Of a stretch of DNA of 64,000 nt, positions 52,435-64,000 are shown piece by piece. The notes beneath the pieces were generated by a model. The model was not told the origin of the DNA, did not search any database, and saw only the letters and a program-made list of their open reading frames with translations. Position numbers and translations under genes: made by a program. Origin of the DNA: Mobula hypostoma (Eukaryota); assembly GCF_963921235.1 (NCBI RefSeq), contig NC_086097.1, positions 23,128,001 to 23,192,000 on the forward strand, read 5' to 3'. Numbering within the stretch: position 1 is the stretch's first letter; the number at the start of each line of letters is the position of its first letter.

Positions 52435-53489
52435 TAATCTACTTAAGCCGTTAATATCTTGTTCTCTAAGTAAAGCATTTAAAGTTTCAAAAAGAGAGTT
52501 AGCTACAACAGTTTACCAAAAGTAAAAGAAGCAATTATTGACGTGGAAAGGTACTGAACAGTTAATCTTCTGATTTTAAGAATTTCTGAGCTTCTTCACT
52601 CGAATGCACCATTCCTTAGAGCCATCCTTCAATATAATTCTGAGCTGAGCAGGATAACAAAGGGAAAGTTTGAAACTTTTGTTAAAAAGTTCCAGCATAA
52701 CCTTTTTGAATTTAGCATGCTCATTCATGACCTTGGGTGAAAAATCGTCGACGACCCTGATCTTCTGACCATTATAATCAATCATTCCTCTTCAACGGGA
52801 TTAACGAATTAAACGATCCTTTGTTTGAAATTCATGAAAACAGATTATTACTGATTTGGGTCTTGCTCCTGGAGGTGGTCTAAGCACAAGCAATCTATGA
52901 GCTTGATCAATCATAGGTAAAGATGGTAAGATTTTAGGAAATAATTTTGACAAAAAGCTTGCAAAGAATTCAGTAGGCTGATCACCTTCCGTTAACTCTT
53001 CCAACCCAGAATTTGTAGATTATTTCCCCTGCTTCGGTTTTCTAAATCGATAATCTTCTGTCTTAATTTTTCATTAGATGTAGATTGTTTTTCACAAAGC
53101 TTTTGTAGGTCATCCATTTTCGCATCCAAATCATCAGAGTTTCTTCATTCCCTTCTATTCCTTTATCATGTTCCTAAGGTTTTTTGAATAGAATCTAATT
53201 TTGCATCTATTTGTTTAATTTCAGAACTAAGTTCTTGGAACTGCTGCTGAAACTTGTCAGATGATTCTTTTCTGTGTTTTCAAAGCAAATCCATTATAGC
53301 TTCCAAGGATGCAGGAGGGTCTTCTTCTTTTTTAGTGGCTTTGGCACCCCTTGTACTCATAGTACTCTTAGTAAAACAATATCACTTTTAGCGGTAAGGT
53401 TTCAAAACAGGTTGGAAACAGTAAAGTAAGTAAAGTAGGAGTGACTTCAAAAGGCTGTTACTCCATCAACAACCAGCAGGAGATCTCTT
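52435..53489 (-). mobile_element. L1-clade LINE 5' portion (5' UTR plus ORF1), 3'-truncated
   Basis: ATG at 53360; coiled-coil then RRM/CTD remnants IDQAHRLL...RPKSVIICFHEFQTKDRLIR and KIRVVDDFS...YPAQLRI. Confidence 0.8.
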
Positions 53490-56400
53490 GAGGTTAACCT
53501 TCAGGGTATCTTGCACAAGGACTCCCAAGTCACTTTGCCTTTCTGCATTTTGAATTCTCTCTCCATCTAGATAATAGTCTGCCTGTTTATTTCTTCCACC
53601 AAAGTGTATGACCATACACTTTCCAACATTGTATTTCATTTGCCACTTCTTTGCCCATTCCCCTAAACTATCTAAGTCTCTGCAGATTTTCTGATTCCTC
53701 AACACTACCTGCTCCTCCACCTATCTTTGTATCACTGGCAAATTTAGCCACAAATCCATTAATACCATAGTCCAAGTCATCGACATACATCGTAAAAAGC
53801 AGTGGTCCCAACACTGACCCCTGTGGAACTCCACTGGTAACTGGCAGCCAGCCAGAATAGGATCCCTTTATTCCCACTCTCTGTTTTCTGCCAACCAGCC
53901 AATGCTCCACCCATGCTAGTAACTTCCCTTTAATTCCATGGGCTCTTATCTTGCTAAGCAGCCCCATGCATGGCACCTTGTCAAAGGCCTTCTGAAAATC
54001 CAAATACACCACGTCTACTTTGTCTATCTTGCTTGTAATTTCCTCAAAGAATTACAGTAGGATTGTCAGGCAGGATTTCCCTTTCATGAAGCTACCCTGG
54101 TTTTGGCCTATCTTGTCATGTACTCCATGCTTCCATGTACTCTGTAATCTCATCCCCAATAATTGATTCCAACAACTTCTCAACCACTGACGTCAGGCTA
54201 ACAGGTCTATTGTTTCCTTTCTGCTGCCTCCCAACCTTCTTAAATAGCGGAGTAACATTTGCAACTTTCCAGTCATCCGGTACAATGCCAGAATCTAATG
54301 ATTGTTGAAAGATCATTGTTAATTCCTTCACAATCTCTCCAGCTACTTCCTTCAGAACCCAAGGGTGCATTCCATCAGGTCCAGGAGATTTATCCACCCT
54401 CAGACCATTAAGCTTCCTGAGCACCTTCTCAGTCATAATTTTCACTGCATATACTTCACTTCCCTGACCCTCTTGAATGTCCGGTGTACTGTAGATATCT
54501 TCCACTGTGAAGACTGATGCAAAGTACGAATTCGGTTCCTCTGCTTCTCTGCATCTCTCATTACAATATCTCCAGTGTCATTTTGTATTGGTCCTAAATC
54601 TACCCTCGACTCTCTTTTACTCTTTATGTACTTAAAAAAGCTTTTAGTATCTTCTTTGATATTAGTCGCCAGGTTCCTCTCATAATTCATTTTTTTCCTT
54701 CCGATTGACCTTCTTAGTTTCCCTTCTGCAGTTTTTTAAAAGCTCCCCAATCCTCCATCTTCCCACTAGCTCAGGCTCCCTTGTCAGCCATGGTAGTGTC
54801 CTTCTTCCCTTTGAAAATTTCTTCTTATTTGAAATATATCTGTCTTGTACTTACCGTATTTTTTGCAGAACTTCCAGCCATTGCTGCTTTGCTGTCTTTC
54901 CTGCAAATGTCCCTTTCCAGTCAACTTCGACCAGTTCCCCTCTCATGCCATTGTAATTTCCTTTATTCCACTGAAATACTGACATACTGGATTTTATTTT
55001 TTCTCTCTCAAATTTTAATGTGAACTCGATCATATTGTGATCGCTGTTCCCTAAGAGTCCCTTAACCTTAAGCTCTCTTATCACCTCTGGATCATTGCAC
55101 AACACCCAATCCAGCACAGCTGATCCCCTAGTGGACTCAACAGCAAGCTGTTCTGAAAAGTCATCCCTTAGACATTCTACAAACTCTCTCTCTTGTGGTC
55201 CAGTACTGACCTGGTTTTCCCAATCCACTTTCATGTTAAAATCCCCAACGATTATCATGACATTGCCCTTCTGACATGTCTCTTCTATCTCCTGCTGTAA
55301 TTTGTAATCCACATCCTGGCTACTGTTTGGAGGCCTGTATCCAACTACCATTAGGGTCCTTTTACCCTTGCCATTTCTTAATTCAACCCATAGAGACTCT
55401 TCACCTTCCAATCCTATGTCATCTCTTTCCAATGATTTAATATTATTTCTTATACAGAGAGCCACATCACCCCCTTTGCCTACTAACCTATCTTTCCGAT
55501 ACACCGTATATTCTTGGACATTCAGCTCCCCATTGCAGCCATCCTTAGCCAAGTTTCAGAGATGGCCACACATCATATTTGCCAATCTGTAGCTGAATTT
55601 CAAGATCATCCATTTTATTCCTTATGCTGCGTGCATTCAAATACAACACTCTCAGTCCAGTATTTGTTGCTTTCTGTTTTAACTGCACCACACCTCAATT
55701 ACACTTTAACTGATGCCACTGGCTTTGATTAATCCTCATCTCCTGCCTGTTGTTTCTATAATCTCTGTTGCACGCTATCTTTGATTTATTTCTGTTTTCC
55801 CCTTCCTCAGCCCTATCACTCCAGTTCCCATCCCCTGCCAAATTAGTCTAAACCCTCCGTAACAGCTCTGTTAAATGTGCCCAGAAGGTTATTGGACCTC
55901 TTTGGGTTCAGTTGTAACCTATCCTTTTTGTACAGGTCATACCTCCCCCAGAAGAGGCCCCAGTGATCCAGAAATCTGAATCCCTGCCCCCTTCATCAGT
56001 CTCTCAGTCATGCATTAATATACCTGATCATGCTATCCTTACACTTGCTAGCACGTGGCACAGGCAGTAATCCTGAGATTACTACCCTGGAGGTCCTGCT
56101 TTTCAGCTTCCTACCTAACTCACTGAATTCTCTCTTCAGGACCTCCTCCCTTTTTCTGTCTATATCATTGGTACCAACGTGTACCAAGACATCTGGCTGG
56201 TCACCCTCTCCCTTCAGAATACTCTGCACCAGATCAGAGACATCCCGTACCCTGGCACCTGTGAGGCAACACACCATGCGTGTATCTCTATCAGGCTGAC
56301 AGAACCTCCTGTCTGTTCCCCTCACTATGGAATCCCCTATGACTACAGCATTCCTCATCTTTCTCTTTCCCTTCTGCACGACGGAACCAGGCTCAGTGCC

Positions 56401-56790
56401 AGAGACCCAATCACCGTGGTCGTCCCCTGTCAGGTCATCCCCCTCAACCGCATCCAAAATGGGATAACCATTACTGAGTGGGATGGCCACAGGTGTGCTC
56501 TCTACTATCTGAGCTCTTCCCTTCTCCTCCCTGATTGCCACCCACTTATCTAACTCCTGCAGCCTTGGCGTGATTAACTCCCTGGAACTCCTCTCTATCT
56601 CTTGTTCACTCTCCCTAATAAGCTGTAGGTTATCGAGCCACAGCTCCAGATCCCTAACAGTCTCTTAGGAGCTGCATCTCAGTGCACATGGTGCAGATGT
56701 GGTCATCTGGGAGACTGAAAGGTACCCAGGATTCCCACATCCGACACCCAGAGCAAAATACTAACCCTACCGACATGCTCTCCATTCCTC
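53490..56790 (-). mobile_element. CR1 LINE, decayed (ORF1 zinc finger plus SGNH esterase; ORF2 APE plus RT), 3'-truncated
   Basis: ORF1 starts near the ATG at 56776 (CxxC...CxxC; VVIGDSIVRG, CCLTGARVRD, VHVGTND). ORF2 motifs YLNARSIRNK, GDFN, SDHN, KSPGPDG, YLDFQKAFDKV, GVPQGSVLGPLLF and FASD (catalytic FADD mutated). Multiple frameshifts. Confidence 0.92.
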
Positions 56791-58144
56791 AAAAAAAAAT
56801 GTTTTAATCATAAAGTTATTGCAAAATTTGTTGAGTTGATTTACTGTCTGTTTTGATCCTATTATCTGGGAAATGGTATATTTCCATTGCATGGGCACGG
56901 TGGTGTAGCAGTTAGTGTAACATTTTATAGCGGCAGTGACCCAGATTCGATTGCTGCCGCTGTCTGTAAGGAATTTGTACTTTCTCCCCGTGATCACACG
57001 GGTTTCTTCTGGGTGCTCTGGTTTCCTCCCACAATTCCAAAAATGGACAAGTTTGGGTTAGTAAACTGTGTAGACATGCTATGTTGGTGCTGAAAGCATG
57101 ACGACACTTTTGGGCTGCCCCCAAAACATTCTCGTTGACACGAATGACACATTTCATTGTATGTTTCAATCTTTCACTGACAATCTTAATAGCACAATCC
57201 AAAAAAAAATTACTAGGGTAATTCCTAGGATGAGAGAATTGTCCCATAAGGAGATGGGAAACAGGTTTGGAATGTACTCTAAGGAGTTTAAAAGAATGAG
57301 TGCTGATCTACTTGAAACATGTAAGATTCTAAGGTGGTGTAGCAGGGTAGATGTTGGGATGTTTTCATAAGTGGGAGAGTGTCCAACGAGGGACATAGTT
57401 TCATGATAAGATGCCAGTCATTTAAAATTGAGGTGCATTGCGATTTCTTCTCACAGTGGGGATGAAATTCTGGAACTCTATAGCTCAGAGAGTTTTGGAG
57501 GCCACATCACCGAAAGAATTTAAAGCGGAGGTAGATATGTTTCTGAAATATTGGAGAACTGTGGAATATTTGAATCTGGCACAGATTAAGAGCTAAAGCC
57601 TCGGGTGAATCATTAGGCCCCACACCACTAGGATCAGGAGCAGTGACTACCCTTCGCAACGCACACAAAATGCTGGAGGAGATCAGCGGTTCAGGCAGCA
57701 TCTGCAGAAATGAATGAACGGTCAATGTTTCAGGCGGAGATCCTTCATCAGAACCCTTCAGCCATCGGACTCCTAACCAGCGTGGATAACCTCACTCACT
57801 ACAACACTGAACACAACCAGTGCCCTCATTTTCAAGGACTCTACAACTGATGTTCTCAGTATTATTTATTTATTTATTTATTATTTGTCTGTTTTTATAT
57901 TTGCACAGTTTGTCTTCTTTTGCACATCAGTTGCTTGTCAGCCTTTGTATATATTTTATTGATACTATTTGTATTTCTTTGTTCTAATGTGAATGCCTGG
58001 AAGAAAATGATTACATTGATATTAAATTTACTTTGAACTTTGAATTAACCATGCTTATATTGAATGGGTGGACAGGATTGAAATGCTGAGTGGCCTACCC
58101 TTGCTCCTATTTCTCTAAGTATTCTTATGTACATTTTTGAGGAT

Positions 58145-58655
58145 ATAAACCTAACGAAGTGGCCGCTGAGTGTTACGTTCATGGTCTTCTGTTGCTGTAC
58201 CCCAACCTCTTCAATGGTTGACATGTTCTGCATTCAGGGATGCGTTTCTGCACTCCACTGTAGTAACACATGGTTATTTGAGTTACTGTTGCCTTCCTGT
58301 CAGCTTGAACCAGCCTGGCCATTCTCCTGTGACCTCTCTCATTAACAAATCATTTTCTCCCATCAAAGTGTCAATCACTGGATGATTTTTCTGTTTTTTT
58401 TGCACTATTCCCTGTAAACTCTGGAGAGGAGATCAGAAGCAGCTAAAATGCTCAAACTGCCCTGTCTGGCACCAACAGTCAAAGTCACTTAGATCACATT
58501 TCCCACCCATTCTGAAATTGGTCTGAATACCAATTGAATCTCTTAACCATGTCTGCAGGTTTTAGGCATTGATTTGCTGTCACATGACTAGCTGATCAGA
58601 AGGTTGCATTAATGAGCTGGTGTAGAGGTGTATCTAACGAAGTGGCCACTGGCTG
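58145..58655 (-). mobile_element. Non-autonomous Tc1-like element
   Basis: Reverse-orientation homologue of 3705-4260. Confidence 0.8.
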
Positions 58656-58672
58656 TATGTAGGTGAATCTTT

Positions 58673-58873
58673 TTTTTGTAATATAATTTTTATTGAATTT
58701 TCAAAAAGAATACATGAAAAAATAGAATCTACCCTCCCCCCTCCCCTTAACCCTCCCCCCCCCATATATAGTCCTACCTAAAAAGAAAGAAAAAGAAAAA
58801 AAAGAAAAAAAGAAAAGAACCGCCTGGGTATTGGAAGGTTTCCACATGCTCCATGGGATTCAAAATAAATTTG
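58673..58873 (-). mobile_element. 5'-truncated L1-type 3' end with poly(A)
   Basis: 18-bp TSD gtatgtaggtgaatcttt (58655-58672 and 58874-58891); AATAAA and an A-tail on the - strand. Confidence 0.8.
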
Positions 58874-59551
58874 GTATGTAGGTGAATCTTTGCGCTTAGA
58901 GAAGTGAAGCATTAGTTTCACTCAGTCTCTGCTCGTATATTGGAATTGAAGGCTAAACATTATTTTTCATTTGGGAAGATTTAAGGTGAAATTTAAAGAG
59001 GTTATTTAATTGAAAATTTAAATACGATGAAGGAATTGTTGATTCAAGCAAACTGCCTGCCCTCGGGATAAGTTTAAGTATCAAGAGATGTAAAGCAAAT
59101 GTCAGTAACTTTAAGAATAAAGTGAATGTCTAATATACTTTTGCCAACCAAAGAAAATAAACCTGACTGATTAAATTACTGAAGAAGATATGAAAGTGAG
59201 ATTCCATTATCTGGAGTAAATTAGAGTAAAGTGTTGTTAGAATGTGTGTAAGAAACAGAAGCAGGAGTAGACCATCTGGTCCATCAAGTCTTCTCCATCG
59301 TTCAATAAAATCATGATTGATCTGGCTATGAACCTAGCTCCACCCACATGCCTTTTCCCCATAGCCCTTAATTCCCCTGCTGTGCAAAAATCTATCTGCA
59401 TCTTAAGTACATTTAATAAGACAGTCTATACAGCTTTTCCTGGGCAGAGAATTTCACAGATTCACTACTCTCTGGGAAATGCAGTTTCTCCTCATCTGCA
59501 TGCTGTCCCCTAACTCTAGTCTCACTTACCAGTGGAAATAACTATACTGCC

Positions 59552-59687
59552 GCAAACACGAGGAATTCTGCAGATGCTGGAAGTTCAAGCAACACACATC
59601 AAAGTTGCTGTTGAACGCAGCAGGCCAGGCAGCATCTATAGGAAGACGTACAGTCGACATTTCGGGCCGAGACCCTTTGTCAGGACT
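59552..59687 (-). mobile_element. 136-bp mini Penelope insertion (hammerhead plus 3' end only)
   Basis: Perfect 14-bp TSD ataactatactgcc at 59538-59551 and 59688-59701, inside a CR1 3' fragment. Confidence 0.85.
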
Positions 59688-59688
59688 A
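59651..59688 (-). ncRNA. Minimal hammerhead motif (family A) with G8A core substitution
   Basis: Reverse complement UAGUC-CUGACAA-AGGGUCUCGGCCC-GAAA-UG-UC-GACUG. Confidence 0.6.
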
Positions 59689-62600
59689 TAACTATACTGC
59701 CTCTATCTTATCTGTCCCTTTCACAATTCTATGTGTATCTATAAGATATCCTCTTATTCTTCTGACTTCCAGAGTGTATAGTCCCAGGTGACTCAAACTC
59801 TCCTCACAGGCTCACCCCCTCATCTCTGGACTCAACCTAGTGAACTTCCTCTGCACTGCTTTCAAAGCCGGAATGGCTTTCCTCAGGTAAGAAGACGAGA
59901 ATACAGTACTACAGGTGCAGCCTCACCAATGCTCTGTATGGGTGCAGCATTAACTCACTGTTCTTAAATTCCAACATTCTACAGTTTGTATTTGCCTTCC
60001 TGATAACCTGTTGTACCTGCAGATCAACCTTTTGCAATTCATGCTCTCCAAAGTCCCTCTGCACAATAGAGGGACCTCACATTTACCAGCATTGTACTCC
60101 ATCTGCCATACCCTTGCCCACTTACTTAACCTATCCATATCCCTCTGCAGACTCTCTGCATCATTTGCTTTTCCATTCAATTTAGTGTCATCAGCAAACT
60201 TAGAAATACTATCCTCAGCCCCCTCTTCCAAATCATTAATGTTGGACGCAGACTCAATAGTAATTCATACGAGGAGAAGAGATTTGCAGAGGAGTAAAAC
60301 TATAGAATAGCTCATGCAGGGAGCTGATACAGATACGGAGGACTGAGTTAGGTCAACTTTATTGTCAAGTACACCATTATGCTGAGGTAAAAGTATATGA
60401 AAAATATACTTGTAGCAGCTTCATTGAGGCACACTGAACATAAGTTGCACAAGATGGTGCAAAATTACAAGTAAATCAAGTCCATCCATAGTGGTGTAAG
60501 AGGTGGTCCTCACTCAATGGTTGGTCAAGATGACACCAATCTGTAGTCTCTGTTGAAGCTGTGGCTCAGTAGTTTTATAGGTTCATAGGGATTGTTTTGG
60601 GGACAGAAAGGAGAGTTAGGTGTCAGGTTAGGGTTTAGGGAGAGTGATGTGGGGAGTTAGAGGTCATCCCAAAGTCTAGGCCTCTGTTCCATGTTCTGTG
60701 TTCGAAGGCCGACGATGTGAATGAAGGACATCCATCGACTGTAAAGTGTAGTGGATAAAGAACAGAGACAACATGGGCTGGTCCCTCCCCCGCCCCCCAG
60801 ATTAGTGAATCTCCCATGGGATCAGCGGGAGGTACGTGGGCCGGTGACCCCCAAGGTACACGAATTGGTAATCTCAGAGTTTAAAGCCTGGAGTGGGTGG
60901 TCCCATCATTAGTTCATCCTGGGGTCGATACCAAAGATCGAAGCCCGAACGTCAATCAGAAGTCTGATGGGTGAAGTGCTGTGCTCACACAAATCTACTG
61001 GGGAAGTTGAAAGCCCGATGTCTGTAAGTCTGTGAGTCCAATGGAAATTGGAAGGCAAGCCTGCCCTGTGGTTGGAGGACTGTTCCACGTGTGATTGGGT
61101 GGATGGGAGAGAAAAGGGTCTTGTTTTGCTATTGTTGTTTTGTTGCCTGTTCTGTTCTGTGTTGTTCGGCCAAGCATCGTGGACATGCTGTGTTGGAGTC
61201 AGAATATGTAGCAATACTTGCAGGCTTTCCCCAGCACACCCTTGGATTATTGTGTTGGTTGTAAGCACAAACATCACATTTCACTGTGCGTTTTAATGTA
61301 CATATGATAAATAAGTGTACATTATTTATCTGAATCTGAAATCTGGCTCCTTGTCTCCTGTATTTTGTACGATTGGGTTTAGGAAGAAACAATGTGCATT
61401 TAAGAGTCAATGAGTTTTGAGTGTCCTCTGAAGAGGAAGTGTGGTACGCTCTGAGAACTGAATGTTTTCATCTCGCAGTGACAGAGTTTGAATCAACTCT
61501 GCATTTGCGACCTTTTCCCCCAGTGAAGGGCTCCCTTGTATAATCAGGCTGTGTTTCATCCTCCTTCCCCTAGTGTTTCCTTATCATGGCAACTTTCAGA
61601 GGTATTCAGTGTGTGATATTTATCTTGTAGGAGAGGATCGGAATGTGTGATTTTATTGTTAACCTTGCCTCGGGATAAGATGTTGTAACGCAGCTGGGTT
61701 TTGTGCAACCAAGAACTCGGCAAAGTCAGTGCACGTTGAAAGACTCTATGCTGCATCATTGAAGCCCATCAGTTCTGAGACTAAGCATAAAATGAGAAAC
61801 TCCTAACTTCTCTCTGGAAACTCCTGAGCATGAGCATCATTTTAATATGGTATTTCAGATTTAACCAGAGCAAAGTACTTTACAGATACTTACTCCAACA
61901 TTAATAACTAATCTTCCGATGGACTGAGAATGCACAAGGCTATTATTAATCATCATAGCATGAAAGAAAGCAAGATAGAGTACCAAAGATAGTGTGAATT
62001 CAAAGCTTGCTAGGGTTATGCAATTGTTTGTCTGTGGAATGGAACCAGTCGAGTTTAAAAATTGCAGTATTAAACTGATATCCTAAATCTTCTGCAGAGT
62101 TTGCAGAGGAATTTATTTTAGATACAGTTGAATTGAATTCACCTGAATCTCTGAGTTACATTTGCAGGTGAGATCAAATGATGTTGGACTGATTGCACAG
62201 TTTTTGTTTAATTTTAAATGGTTTTTAAAGTCAAAGGAAAAATATTCATATTTTTCCATTGGAATTTCATTGTAATTTGCACCCATATTTCAAAGTTCAA
62301 AGTTGAAATTAATTATATTATCAAAGTATGTACTGTATATGACACCAAATACTACCCTGAGATTTGTTTCCTTGTGGGCATTCACAGTACATACAAAGAA
62401 ATGCAATAGAATCAATGAAGAACTACACACAAAGATGAACAAACAATCAATGTGCAAAAGAAGACAAACTATGCAAATAAAAAAACAATAGTAATAATAA
62501 ATAATATTGAGAACATGAGTTGTTGTGTCCCTGAAAATGAGTCCATAGGTTGTGGAATCAATTCAGTGTGGAGGTGAGTGAAGTTATCCATACTGGTTCA

Positions 62601-62949
62601 GGAGCCTGATGGTTGAAGGGTAATAACTGTTCCTGAACCTGCTGGTGTGAGCTCTGAGGCTCCCGTACCTCCTACCCGCTTGCAGCAGTGGGAAGTGTAC
62701 ATGGCTGGGATGGTGGGACTCCTTGATAATGGACACTGCTCTCTTGTGGCTGCGACACTTGGAGATGTGCTCAATGGTGGGGTGGGATTTTCTTGTAGTG
62801 GACTTGGGCTGTATCCACTAGGCTTCGTCAGCTTTTCCATTCATGGGCATTGATGTTTTCTATCCAGGCCACGATGCAACTAGTCACGTTACTTGCCACT
62901 GTGCATCTCGAGAAGAAAATCAAAAGTGATGGGTTGCAGCTGTACTGAG

Positions 62950-64000
62950 GCAGCCAATATTCTCACGGGCAAGTTTGTTAGAGCTGTTGGGGAGGGTTTG
63001 AACTAATTTGGGTGGGGGATAGGAACAAAAGTGAAGGGACTTAGGATAGGACAGATGATAAAAAGGCAAAGATAGCATGCAGTCAGGCTGTCAGGAAGGG
63101 CAGGCAGATGATAGGACAAAATTGCAGCCATCAGGGTGGGTATCAGTGCATTAGGGATGCAGAATCAAAAAAGATAGCAAATACAGTACTCAAAGTGTTA
63201 TATCTCAATGTATAGAGTATAAGAAATAAGGTGGTTGATCTTGTTGCACTACTACAGAGTGTCAGGAACAATGTTGTAGCCATCAGTGAATCGTGGCTGA
63301 AGGATGGTTGTCGTTGGGAGCTGAAAGTCCAAGGTTACATATTGTATTGGAGGGATAGGAAGGTAGGCAGAGGAGGTGACATGGCTCCGCTGGTAAAGAA
63401 TGACATCAAATCAGTAGAAAGATATGACATAGGATCGGAAGACGTTGAATACTTATGTGTTGAATAAAGAAACTGCAAGGGTAGTAGGACCCTGATGGCA
63501 GTTATATACAGGCCTCCCAACAGTAGCTGGGATGTGGACCACCGATTACAACAGGAAATAGAAAAGGCGTGTCAAAAGGGAAATGTTATGATAGTCATGG
63601 GAAATTTTAATATGCAGGTCGATAGGGAAAATTAGGTTGGTAATGGACCTCAAGAGAGTGAGTTTGTTGAATATGTACGAGATGGGTTTTTGGAGCAATT
63701 TGATATTGAGCCCTATGAGGGGATCAGCTACACTGGATTGGGTGTTATGTAATGAACCAAATGTGATTAGGGAGCTTAAAGTAAAAGAACACTGAGGAGA
63801 CAGTGATCACAATGTGATTGAGTTTAACTTGAAATTTGAAAGGGAGAAAGTAAAGTCCAACTTAACAGTATTTCACTGGAGTAAAGGAAATTACAATGGT
63901 ATGAGAGAGGAGCAATGTAAATTGGAAGGAGATGCTGACAGGGATGACAGCAGAGCAGCAATGGCGTGAGTTTCTGGGAAAGTTAAGGAAAGTGCAGGAT
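62950..64000 (+). mobile_element. CR1 LINE fragment (end of ORF1, APE of ORF2), runs off the window
   Basis: LKVLYLNVYSIRNKVVDL, AISESWL, GRGGDMA, IYRPPNS, SDHN; homologous to 54850-55700 in reverse. Confidence 0.88.

Larger units (their letters stand above)
59250..60245 (-). mobile_element. CR1 3' fragment with RT FADD motif
   Basis: ORF 59950-60231 ISKFADDTKL...WARVWQMEYN; interrupted by the 136-bp Penelope insertion. Confidence 0.85.
42378..64000 (+). other. NRXN3: Part of a long downstream NRXN3 intron (inferred)
   Basis: The next neurexin exon (EAS/TxLSYDGSM type, LNS4) was not seen in the window. Confidence 0.75.

Noticed and set aside
53466..56541. Active or domesticated CR1/esterase gene
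   Set aside because: Many frameshifts and stops; the RT catalytic motif reads FASD.
59875..59893. ttcctcag|gtaaga recursive-site look-alike (similar tttgcag|gtgaga near 62167)
   Set aside because: The first lies in an antisense CR1 and both have short pyrimidine tracts; this is expected by chance in 64 kb.
1..64000. CRISPR array or prokaryotic defence/retron-type system
   Set aside because: There are no regularly spaced direct repeats with unique spacers and no operon-like ORFs. All RT and nuclease motifs belong to decayed eukaryotic retroelements.

Overview
Vertebrate genomic DNA, most likely from a cartilaginous fish. A ray or other batoid is inferred from the CR1/V-SINE/Penelope/Tc1 repeat mix and was not verified by a search. 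The window lies inside an alpha-neurexin gene on the + strand. Two canonical coding exons (35571-36009 and 41994-42377) encode the end of LNS2, all of LNS3 and EGF2, with residues typical of NRXN3. The rest appears intronic and is densely packed with transposable-element remnants: CR1, L1, Rex1/Babar-like, RTE, Penelope-like elements, V-SINEs, Tc1/mariner and hAT MITEs, and a solo LTR. The most notable hidden structure is about a dozen minimal type-I hammerhead ribozyme motifs carried by three Penelope-like families. One of them has an intact core, lies sense to NRXN3 and sits behind a CCAAT/TATA module. Many of the short copies share a breakpoint just 5' of the ribozyme core. Other notable items are DNA transposons with doubled or fold-back terminal repeats, a three-level nested insertion, and two weak cryptic-exon candidates. 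No prokaryote-type systems such as CRISPR were seen. Repeat boundaries are approximate unless a target-site duplication (TSD) is quoted.
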